Part shown: positions 17,112 to 25,701 of the stretch, in pieces
Layout: each line of letters opens with the position of its first letter
Position numbering within the stretch: position 1 is the first letter of the stretch
From: Candidatus Micrarchaeota archaeon
Lineage (GTDB): Archaea > Micrarchaeota > Micrarchaeia > Anstonellales > Bilamarchaeaceae
Direction of reading: 5' to 3'
Assembly: GCA_030648615.1 (NCBI GenBank)
Contig: JAUSHJ010000040.1
Span: forward strand, 6,769 to 70,768
Length of the DNA: 64,000 nucleotides
Notes under the pieces: generated by a model
The model's database searches: none
Told to the model about the DNA's origin: nothing
The model's input: only the letters and a program-made list of their open reading frames with translations
Made by a program: the position numbers and the translations under genes

Positions 17112-18539
17112 ATGACAATGCCAAAACTCATCTTTGAATACGATACGAAAAATACAAATCATGTTCCTACTGTGAACGAAAAGCTAGATTTACCAGAGCA
17201 TCTAATTAGAAAAGATCTAACCATTCCTGATATTAACGAAGTTGATGTTATAAGGCACTTCACAGAATTAAGCAAGAGAAATTATGGTGTAGATAATGGT
17301 TTCTATCCACTAGGTTCGTGCACAATGAAATACAATCCAAGGATAAATGAAGACGTGGCAAGATTAAACGGATTCGGAAATCTTCACCCATTAGCAGGAG
17401 ATGAAAATTCACAGGGTGTCCTAGAGCTTATGTACAATCTTGAGCACATCTTGTCAGAAGTAACTGGCATGGATGCTGTTTCATTGCAGCCAGCAGCAGG
17501 TGCTCATGGAGAAGTAACCTGTTGTATGATCGCCAGAAAGTACTTTGGAAAGAGTAGAAACAAAGTAATAATTCCAGATTCAGCACACGGAACTAATCCC
17601 GCAAGTGCAGCCATGTGCGGTTTTGAAATTGTAGAGGTAAAAACAAATGCAAAAGGCGGCGTTGACATTGACGAGCTAAGGAGTAAGGTAGATAGCAACA
17701 CTGCAATGTTTATGCTTACAAATCCAAGTACGTTAGGATTATTTGAAGAGAATATCGTCGAGATAAATAAAATCTTGCACGATGCTGGTGCACTAACCTA
17801 TTGTGACGGTGCAAACATGAACGCCATGATGGGCATCACAAGACCAGGTGATCAAGGTTTTGACATGATGCACCTTAATCTTCACAAAACTTTTAGTACT
17901 CCTCACGGTGGTGGAGGTCCAGGCGCAGGTCCAATTTGCGTAAAGAAACACCTAGCTAAGTATCTTCCAGTTCCAAGAGCCGTAAAACACGGTGACGGTT
18001 ACAAATTCGAATATAATTATCCAGATTCCATTGGAAAAGTAAAAGGATTCTTTGGAAATGTTGGAATGCTTGTACGTGCCTATGCCTATGCCAAAGCCTA
18101 TGGAAAGAATTTGACAAAAGTTTCACAGATCGCAGTTCTAAGTGCTAATTATATTATGCGTTCTTTGGATAAATACTATCATCTTCCTTACAATAAAACC
18201 TGTGCCCATGAATGTGTATTCAGCGGAGAGAAACAGGCAGCTAAAGGTGTACACACTATGGATATTGCTAAGCGATTATTGGATTACGGATTCCATGCAC
18301 CAACGATTTACTTCCCACTAATTGTAAAAGAAGCGATAATGATTGAACCAACTGAAAGTGAAAGCAAGGCAACGTTAGATTCGTTTATAGAAACGATGAA
18401 GAAGATTGCTCATGAAGTTGAAACGCAGCCAGAATTGCTTCATAACGCACCCACAACTACTCCTGTTGGCAGGCTAGATGGTGTAAAAGCAGCTAGGCAG
18501 CCTAACTTGAGATATGAACCTGTTTGTAGGATTTGCTAA
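17112..18539 (+). CDS. gcvPB: glycine dehydrogenase subunit 2
   Basis: [36 protein letters not shown]. Confidence 0.97.
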   Translation: MTMPKLIFEYDTKNTNHVPTVNEKLDLPEHLIRKDLTIPDINEVDVIRHFTELSKRNYGVDNGFYPLGSCTMKYNPRINEDVARLNGFGNLHPLAGDENSQGVLELMYNLEHILSEVTGMDAVSLQPAAGAHGEVTCCMIARKYFGKSRNKVIIPDSAHGTNPASAAMCGFEIVEVKTNAKGGVDIDELRSKVDSNTAMFMLTNPSTLGLFEENIVEINKILHDAGALTYCDGANMNAMMGITRPGDQGFDMMHLNLHKTFSTPHGGGGPGAGPICVKKHLAKYLPVPRAVKHGDGYKFEYNYPDSIGKVKGFFGNVGMLVRAYAYAKAYGKNLTKVSQIAVLSANYIMRSLDKYYHLPYNKTCAHECVFSGEKQAAKGVHTMDIAKRLLDYGFHAPTIYFPLIVKEAIMIEPTESESKATLDSFIETMKKIAHEVETQPELLHNAPTTTPVGRLDGVKAARQPNLRYEPVCRIC

Positions 18540-19109
18540 TTACTCCTGTCCTACTTCTCGTCTATCTTTGTCTTCTTCAGTCTGAGGTAAAAACCTAGAT
18601 CTTTTTATGCCTATAAGACTAATTCCTGATGAGGTTACACAATGACAGTTTACGAGAAAATTAGTGCTGAAAGGTATTGTTATTTCATCACCGGTATTTT
18701 TTCTTAATTCCGAGTCTGTTAGTGGTAAAAGAACTATTACTCCACTATCTGTAATATCATAGACAATTGGAATTTCTAAAGTTGCAATTGATCTAGACAT
18801 CCCAGTTACAAATGAAGAACATGAATCTGGAAGAAGAGAAAAGTTAATCAAATGATCCCCGATCCGTATTTTTCTTTGATTTGAAGAGAGAACAAAACTA
18901 GTTACTGGTATTTCTGATATATCTGATGAAGGTTTTGCACCTATATTGTGGAGCCTTTTATATTCTGCTGGGGGAAGATAATCCGTTTGATCAGTGTATG
19001 CTTTTGATATTTTAGGAGTTAAAATAATTCCAGCAATAAGAAGCAGTCGGGCTGAGAATCTGAAAATCGCAGTTCTATGATTTATTGGCATATTCGATAG
19101 TTTATGCAT
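18540..19109 (-). CDS. hypothetical exported protein
   Basis: Basic N-terminus followed by a hydrophobic signal-like segment. Confidence 0.55.
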   Translation of the reverse strand: MHKLSNMPINHRTAIFRFSARLLLIAGIILTPKISKAYTDQTDYLPPAEYKRLHNIGAKPSSDISEIPVTSFVLSSNQRKIRIGDHLINFSLLPDSCSSFVTGMSRSIATLEIPIVYDITDSGVIVLLPLTDSELRKNTGDEITIPFSTNFLVNCHCVTSSGISLIGIKRSRFLPQTEEDKDRREVGQE

Positions 19110-19198
19110 AATTTATTTAACTCGTTTCAAATTATAAGTATTCCGAACTTTAATTTTCGATGCAAATGTTTAAATTTTTTTACAAACATAGGTAAATT

Positions 19199-20053
19199 AT
19201 GCTTCTTAGGAATACGAAACTCAACCCAGTGCCCGGAATACATTTTATTGAATTGTCAAGACAGCGACCTGTCCAACGACTTTTGTTGATAGAACAACTC
19301 AGAATAGCTGCAGATGAAAAACCAAAATCTTCCGAATGGCAAGACAGAGGCATTGTGCAGTTACATTCTGGATCTTTTAGGGTTTCCGAACTCCCAGGTC
19401 TGATTAGTTATCGTCAAGTTGGCACATTTGGCGTGTCTGCTTCTATTGGGGAATCCAGTCAGAGATTTTTAGTGCCTCTTCTAGGAGAAATACGGACAAT
19501 GGCAGAACTTCAGTTACGCTTAAATTCCATTGAACACTTTCCACTTGAACATCTCCTAAGAGAAGTAGAATCAAAAGTAACAAAAGAAAGAAGTTGGCAC
19601 GAATTAAAACTGAAATTAAATTCATTTTTAGGTCGTTACGAAAAACTGACTCCAGAAGAGGCAAGAGAATTCAGAGATTCTATTTATGCATTTCTTCATA
19701 GGATGGTAACTGAACTTAGGGTTTTGACAGATGATCAAGAAATTTATATGACCTTGGCTGCTATGTTAAGAGCAGCAAAAGGATTTAGTGACCGTGCAGA
19801 TCATAAAACTGAAGTATTAGATTCATTGGTATGGAGATTAGAACATATACATAATTTTCTGAGGCATTCTGAACTTTTTACATGTCTAACTAACTCACGT
19901 AATCCAAATTTAGAAGTTGCTAAAAGACACTTTAATTTTTGGTTAAATTCATATGACGGTTACTATCTAGGTTCTTCCAACCATAATCCTGCAAGACAAG
20001 ATTGGGAAGCATTCGAAGATATGTGTACAGAGCGTAAATCAGTGATGGAATAA
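19199..20053 (+). CDS. hypothetical protein
   Basis: 284-aa ORF; no motif recognised. Confidence 0.6.
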   Translation: MLLRNTKLNPVPGIHFIELSRQRPVQRLLLIEQLRIAADEKPKSSEWQDRGIVQLHSGSFRVSELPGLISYRQVGTFGVSASIGESSQRFLVPLLGEIRTMAELQLRLNSIEHFPLEHLLREVESKVTKERSWHELKLKLNSFLGRYEKLTPEEAREFRDSIYAFLHRMVTELRVLTDDQEIYMTLAAMLRAAKGFSDRADHKTEVLDSLVWRLEHIHNFLRHSELFTCLTNSRNPNLEVAKRHFNFWLNSYDGYYLGSSNHNPARQDWEAFEDMCTERKSVME

Positions 20054-20084
20054 GCTTTTCGGTACACGTCTTTACTATTTCTGA

Positions 20085-20195
20085 TTCTACTGTAAATTCT
20101 ATCGATGTTAAAGAATTCTTCTTTAATAGTTGTAACTTGCAAAGCAATTTACTCGAATTTACAACAAGACAAATTCCTTTTCAATTTGTCTTTTC
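20085..20195. repeat. two-hairpin dispersed repeat (copy 1, with extra hairpins in its loop)
   Basis: ttctactgtaaatt...aatttacaacaagacaaatt..aatttgtcttttc, shared with 34835 and 35550. Confidence 0.8.
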
Positions 20196-20242
20196 TTTTC
20201 TTTCTATCTATTTTTTAATCATTTTTATTCAAATGAAGAAAC

Positions 20243-21181
20243 ATGACTAATTGTAATCCTTTTGTTAACCCAGATACTGCACAGAAACCACCATGGCTAA
20301 AGATAAAACTGCCAGAAGGTGACGAGATAGGGAAATACGAGCACGTTAAACAACTCACAAAATCAAAAAAGCTTCATACTATTTGCGTAGAAGCAAGATG
20401 TCCAAATATTAATGAATGTTGGAGTGGCGGAACAGCCACTTTCTTACTTATGGGGGATATTTGCACCCGTTACTGTAGATTTTGTCATACTAAAAGTGCA
20501 AGAGAAGGAGTTCCAATGCGGGATCTGAAAGAAGAACCAGAACACTTGGCAGATGCAGTAAAAGAAATGAAACTGGAATATATCGTGCTCACTTCCGTAG
20601 ATCGTGATGATCTTTCAGATCAAGGGTCAGAACATTTTGCAACTTGCGTAAGAAAAGTCAAGGAAACTACTCCACACGTTTTAGTTGAACTTCTAATTCC
20701 AGATTTCAGGGCAGATGAAAAATGCTTGAAGACGGTAGTAGACTCAGGTGCAGAAGTAGTTGGACACAACATGGAAACTGTTGAACGATTGCAGGGAACC
20801 GTGAGGGACAATCGTGCAGGTTATCAACAATCTCTCAGTGTTCTTACTACAATAAAAAAAATCAATCCAAATACTTATACAAAAACAGCATTGATGCTTG
20901 GTCTAGGAGAAACAGATGAAGAAATTGAGAAAACAATGGATGACCTGAGAGCAATCAATTGCGACATAATTACATTTGGTCAGTATCTCCAGCCAAGCAA
21001 AAAACACATCGCAGTTCAAAGTTACGTTACACCAGAAAAATTTAAATTCTGGCAGAAAAAAGCTGAGGACAAAGGATTTTTATATTGTGCAGCAGGGCCA
21101 TATGTAAGAAGCAGTTATAGAGCTGGGGAATTTTTCATGAAAGGTATTTTAGAGAAAAAGAAAAAAGGTGCTTTGGCATGA
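20243..21181 (+). CDS. lipA: lipoyl synthase
   Basis: CX4CX5C (CVEARCPNINEC), CX3CX2C (CTRYCRFC), C-terminal RSSY. Confidence 0.97.
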   Translation: MTNCNPFVNPDTAQKPPWLKIKLPEGDEIGKYEHVKQLTKSKKLHTICVEARCPNINECWSGGTATFLLMGDICTRYCRFCHTKSAREGVPMRDLKEEPEHLADAVKEMKLEYIVLTSVDRDDLSDQGSEHFATCVRKVKETTPHVLVELLIPDFRADEKCLKTVVDSGAEVVGHNMETVERLQGTVRDNRAGYQQSLSVLTTIKKINPNTYTKTALMLGLGETDEEIEKTMDDLRAINCDIITFGQYLQPSKKHIAVQSYVTPEKFKFWQKKAEDKGFLYCAAGPYVRSSYRAGEFFMKGILEKKKKGALA

Positions 21182-21453
21182 AATCTGGAAAAAATATTTA
21201 CAAAGCAGGTAAACTCCTCAAAATATCTTTAGAATACGATAACGTAATTAGACAAATAAAAATCACAGGAGACTTTTTTCTTTATCCTGAAGAAGGAATT
21301 GAGCAATTACAGTTACAGCTTATAGGGGCAGAGTTAACTAAAGAAAAACTAACTGATCGAATAAATCAAATTCTAAAAATTGAAAAACTTGAACCGTTCG
21401 GTTTTAATTCAGAGCAATTAGCTGAAGCAATTTTAGGTGCGTGCAAAGAGTGA
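21178..21453 (+). CDS. lipoate-protein ligase C-terminal subunit (LplB-like)
   Basis: GKLLKI..IKITGDFFLYPEE. Confidence 0.85.
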   Translation: MKSGKNIYKAGKLLKISLEYDNVIRQIKITGDFFLYPEEGIEQLQLQLIGAELTKEKLTDRINQILKIEKLEPFGFNSEQLAEAILGACKE

Positions 21454-21457
21454 TCGT

Positions 21458-22189
21458 ATGAATAATATTCGTTTGCTAAAAACCGGAGCACATTCAGCTG
21501 CATGGAATATGGCTTTAGACGAAGCAATGATGCAAATTGCAGCAGAAAGTAACGAATGGATCCCATCACTCAGATTCTACTCATGGACGCCATCTGCAGT
21601 CAGCATCGGCTATTTCCAAAGTCTGAACGAAGAAGTAGACTTAGATGCATGCAAGAAACACGGAGTGGACATAGTAAGACGTTTAACTGGAGGCGGCGCA
21701 GTTTTCCACGATTCGGAGTTAACTTATTCATTTATTACAAAAGAATATCCAAACGGAATTCATGATTCATATCATTTGATTTGTGGTGCAATTACTGATG
21801 GTTTGAAAACAATAGGAATTGATAGTCAGTTTATTCCAATCAATGACCTTCTAGTTAATGGAAAGAAATTTTCAGGTAATGCGCAAACTCGCAAGAAAGG
21901 GGTACTACTTCAGCACGGTACGATCCTCTTGAAAGTTGATGTTGACAAAATGTTCGAACTGCTCAAAGTTCCAAATGAAAAACTAAAAGGCAAGTTAATT
22001 TCTGATGTCAAACAAAGAGTTACTGCATTGGACAAATCATTCGAAGAAGTAGAATCTGCATTGGAAAAAGGGTTTGCACAGAGATTTAATGCAAACGTGG
22101 AGAGGAGTGAATTAAGTGATGAAGAGCTGAAGAAATGCAATGAACTAATTAGCAAGTATTCTTCAATGGAATGGGTCGGGAGAATATGA
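21458..22189 (+). CDS. lipoate-protein ligase / LipM-like catalytic domain
   Basis: NMALDEA, SIGYFQ, RRLTGGGAVFH, KKFSGNAQ, LQHGT. Confidence 0.9.
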   Translation: MNNIRLLKTGAHSAAWNMALDEAMMQIAAESNEWIPSLRFYSWTPSAVSIGYFQSLNEEVDLDACKKHGVDIVRRLTGGGAVFHDSELTYSFITKEYPNGIHDSYHLICGAITDGLKTIGIDSQFIPINDLLVNGKKFSGNAQTRKKGVLLQHGTILLKVDVDKMFELLKVPNEKLKGKLISDVKQRVTALDKSFEEVESALEKGFAQRFNANVERSELSDEELKKCNELISKYSSMEWVGRI

Positions 22190-22190
22190 T

Positions 22191-22812
22191 CTATTTACCA
22201 AAATTCTTTCGTGCTTTCATTTCCTCTTTTAAACCGCCTAATAATGGGTCGTTGGTTCGTAAATGCATGTCAACTATTTTTGTTCTTTCAGTATTTTTCA
22301 AGAATTCGGAATCTATAACTGCGTATTTATCGGTTCCTCTTCTATATGTCTGATACGTATGGTCCGTATAACCTTGATAATCGATAGATAATGGTTTATA
22401 TCCCAAGGCCGTTAATCTTTTTTTTATGTCATCAGCGGTAAAACCTTGCTTGTAAAATTCACTCTGCACCTTGAATGTAGGTAATCTATTATGCAGGATA
22501 TCAAAAGCTTCCATTTTAGTGCGAATAAACTGATCATTTGTCTTAATATTAATCCGAAACGTCTGGTCTGTAAGTTGTGTTACTGCGAAAGTAACATAAA
22601 AAGAACCCGTAGCATCGTTTTTTTTTAAATGTGGTTTCATAATAAACACTGCCATCTGGTTTGCGTTCCGCTACAGGTTTTTTGTTGCCGGTTTGATAAA
22701 TATACCCAAAGCTAGGGAGTATAGAGAAAAAGTCCTGCGGATTAAAAGGATCCGTTTTAGTAGTCAGAGAATAATTTAATTCTTTGGACGTTTCTTTATT
22801 TTTCATTGTCAT
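22191..22812 (-). pseudogene. hypothetical gene split by a frameshift in an A9 tract (22618-22626)
   Basis: Removing one A fuses ORFs 22549-22812 and 22191-22655 (…YYETTFKKNDATGSFY…). Confidence 0.55.
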
Positions 22813-22930
22813 ATCATCATTACTCGAACTATGATAGTTGCATTATGCTTACAATAGCATTTTAATACTTTTGCTCCTATACCAATCAATTAATGTTTAT
22901 TTTAAAACGGTGAAATATATGATAGTACCA

Positions 22931-23026
22931 ATGAAAATGGATGACGATGAAGACTGGGAAGACGAAGATTTCGATGATGAAGAATGGGACGAAGAAGGAG
23001 ATGAAGAAGGAGAAGAAGAATTCTAA
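22931..23026 (+). CDS. 31-aa hyper-acidic peptide
   Basis: MKMDDDEDWEDEDFDDEEWDEEGDEEGEEEF; TTTTAAAA upstream, T-rich tract downstream. Confidence 0.55.
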   Translation: MKMDDDEDWEDEDFDDEEWDEEGDEEGEEEF

Positions 23027-23117
23027 CCTTATAATTCTATTTTTTAATTTTTTTTAACTTTTTTTTAATTTTAAAATATACTTACTATAAAAAATGAAAA
23101 AAAGAAAAAAAAACTAT

Positions 23118-23396
23118 TTACTTCTTTAACGTAATATTCAAAAATTGTGTTTCTCCTGCAACTGTGATTACGCTTGATTTATAATCCGGATAACCTTCTT
23201 TAGTTACACTAATAATATGTTTTCCTGGTACTAATCCAATACTAAGCGGAGTTTGACCACGCGTAACATCGTCGATTGATACATATCCGCCATCCGGCGT
23301 AGAATAAACTTTTAATACGCTTGCTGTTGCTTTCACGTTGTTGACTAATATTATTGAAAGAAACGCTAGCAATGCCACAACCATCACTCTTTTCAT
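23118..23396 (-). CDS. secreted PEGA-domain protein
   Basis: Signal peptide; STPDGG.V.ID..GQTP..L.PG.H.I.V.KEGY. Confidence 0.85.
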   Translation of the reverse strand: MKRVMVVALLAFLSIILVNNVKATASVLKVYSTPDGGYVSIDDVTRGQTPLSIGLVPGKHIISVTKEGYPDYKSSVITVAGETQFLNITLKK

Positions 23397-23463
23397 TCAA
23401 ATCACCAAATATGCTACAACGATAATATATAAAAGAGTTACATAGCTAATTAGAATAAGGAAA

Positions 23464-23831
23464 GGGCCCGTAGCGCAGCTAAAGTTTTGAGTCTCGATTT
23501 CTGTGTTTCGAATTTTATTCATTCGAAACCAAAAGTAGAAAACTGAAAACTTCTGCTATGGACAGCGCGGCAGCCTTCTAAGAAATTTCTTTCGGTAATC
23601 TAAAGAAATTTCATAAAGAAAGAGGAAAGCTGTAGGTCATGGGTTCAAAACAGTCTTCAGTCTTGAAGTTTTGAGTCTAGTAAAATTATAATTACGAGAC
23701 GTGAAACAGGACAACCATAAATCGACAAGCTTGTTGCTTCGAGTGATAAGATGCTCAGTGTTCGAACAATCGAACACTCGGGAACATCGATTTATCGGGA
23801 ACTGGAGACAGTGTATTTCCCATCGGGCCCG
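23464..23831 (+). tRNA. tRNA-Arg(UCU) with three introns (17/17a: 23481-23558; 37/38: 23581-23627; 59/60: 23650-23817)
   Basis: GGGCCCG/CGGGCCC acceptor, A20, G73; BHB motifs at all three junctions. Confidence 0.92.
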
Positions 23832-23869
23832 ATTTATTTTCATGTAAATGATAATCAAAAGGTGGTAGT

Positions 23870-24130
23870 ATGAAAGACAACATTGATCAGATTGCAGAAA
23901 TGCTCAGTACGCTTACTGAAGATACAACTATTCCAAAAAACATAAGAAAAGCTCTTAGTGAAGCTAGGGATAGATTGAAGGGATCGGATGATGCAAATAT
24001 CAAAGTAAGTGCCGCAGTATATCTGATTGAATCTATAAGTGAAGATATCAATATGCCATCCCACGCGAGAACTCAAGTATGGGCAGTCATGAGTATGTTA
24101 GAATCTTTGAAAATAAATCCTATTCAGTAA
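23870..24130 (+). CDS. UPF0147 family protein
   Basis: DTTIPKNIRK...D.NMP.HARTQVW. Confidence 0.9.
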   Translation: MKDNIDQIAEMLSTLTEDTTIPKNIRKALSEARDRLKGSDDANIKVSAAVYLIESISEDINMPSHARTQVWAVMSMLESLKINPIQ

Positions 24131-24144
24131 TTAAAACAGGCGGT

Positions 24145-25590
24145 ATGGTGAATAGTTTATCGGTGCTTGTTCAAAATGGTATTCGCGTAAGTACAGATGC
24201 AGAAGAGATGCTTAAGAATATCGAAGATCAGGAAATTGTTGATAAGCTAATTAAATTAAATAAACCGATGATTACAAAAGAAGATCTGGAAACTTTGTTA
24301 AGAAAAGAAGAAACCATAGTAGAAAAGGTTGATATATTACGGTCCAGTGATTTCAATCCTATTGCGAAAGAATATTCTCCAGATATAGAAGTTCTACATG
24401 CTAAAGATATCACTGGGAAATCCAGGACAAGGGGAGAAGTTGACGATTTTGTAAGTTATTTTAAGAATCGTTACGAACGCATATCAAGAATGCTTCGAGC
24501 CCCTGGGAGATATCCGCAGATGGATCTTGGGGAAGTTAAACGTCATGTTGGAGAACGTGTGCGTGTAATCGTAACTGTGATGGAAAAACGAGATACACAA
24601 AAAGGAAATTTGCTTCTTGAAGTAGAAGATTTGACAGGGAGATTTAAGATTATAATAACTTCTAATTCTAAAAATGAAAAACTAGAAGAGAAATCTAAAA
24701 ATATTTTACTTGATGATATAATTGCAATTACCGGGAAGGTATTTGAACCTTTCATGATTGCTGAAGATATAGAATGGCCCGACATTCCAGTACTTCGGGA
24801 AAGGAAATTCTCTGAACTTGATGTTGCAACCGTTTATATTTCTGACTTACATTTTGGTTCCAAGTATTTTCTTGACCATTATTTGAATCTTTTTGTAGAT
24901 TGGATTCATGGGAAAGGTGAGGCAAAAGAGCTCGCTGGAAAAGTAAAATATATGGTAGTCGCCGGTGATCTAGTAGACGGCATAGGCATCTATCCTAATC
25001 AAGAAAAAGAATTGGTAGTTAAGGACATCTACAAACAATATGATATGTTTGAAGATTTTCTTGAGAAGATTCCTGATTACGTAGAAGTTATAATATCTCC
25101 TGGAAATCATGATGCTGTGAGACGTGGAGAACCGATGCCAGCCATACCGACAGAATTTATTAAAAACGATGTAATCCGAGTTGGAAATCCATCCACTGTT
25201 ATCATAGAAGGTCTTAGACATCTGATTTATCACGGTACTTCCATGGATTCACTCATTGCAGCATTGCCCAATGCCAGTTATAGTCATCCAGAAAAAGTTA
25301 TGACGGAGTATCTGAAACGAAGGCATCTTTCACCAATATATGGTGGTAATCTTATAATTCCGGAAAAAGTCGACTATCTTGTAATAGATGACCCACCAGA
25401 TATTCTTCACTGCGGTCACGTTCATAGAAACGGATACATGCTTTATCGTGGAACGTTGGTAATAAATTCAGGCACTTTTCAGGATAGGACTGATTACCAA
25501 ATGAAGCAAGGTCACGTACCAACGCCAGCGATGGTTCCAGTTTATGAAATGAAATATGGTAGGTTGAGAACCTTAGATTTCAAGGTATGA
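24145..25590 (+). CDS. polB: DNA polymerase D small subunit DP1
   Basis: OB fold plus SDLHFGS, AGDLVDG, PGNHD, HCGHVH. Confidence 0.95.
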   Translation: MVNSLSVLVQNGIRVSTDAEEMLKNIEDQEIVDKLIKLNKPMITKEDLETLLRKEETIVEKVDILRSSDFNPIAKEYSPDIEVLHAKDITGKSRTRGEVDDFVSYFKNRYERISRMLRAPGRYPQMDLGEVKRHVGERVRVIVTVMEKRDTQKGNLLLEVEDLTGRFKIIITSNSKNEKLEEKSKNILLDDIIAITGKVFEPFMIAEDIEWPDIPVLRERKFSELDVATVYISDLHFGSKYFLDHYLNLFVDWIHGKGEAKELAGKVKYMVVAGDLVDGIGIYPNQEKELVVKDIYKQYDMFEDFLEKIPDYVEVIISPGNHDAVRRGEPMPAIPTEFIKNDVIRVGNPSTVIIEGLRHLIYHGTSMDSLIAALPNASYSHPEKVMTEYLKRRHLSPIYGGNLIIPEKVDYLVIDDPPDILHCGHVHRNGYMLYRGTLVINSGTFQDRTDYQMKQGHVPTPAMVPVYEMKYGRLRTLDFKV

Positions 25591-25600
25591 TTATTATTTG

Positions 25601-25701
25601 ATGTGATATCAATGAATTGTCCCACGGGACAAATATCCGTGTGCTTTTCAAGCACATCTGTTGAACAAGGTTCAACATCTCGAAGTGATTTCTCGATGAA
25701 T
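25601..25701. repeat. three-hairpin module between duplicated RBS/start segments of polC
   Basis: ttgtccc/gggacaa, tgtgctt/aagcaca, tgttgaac/gttcaaca; gtgat..atgaat occurs on both sides, with the ATGs 84 bp apart. Confidence 0.7.

Noticed and set aside
23637-23858. 73-aa ORF as an intron-encoded protein
   Set aside because: Antisense to tRNA-Arg, crosses exon boundaries and has no endonuclease motif.
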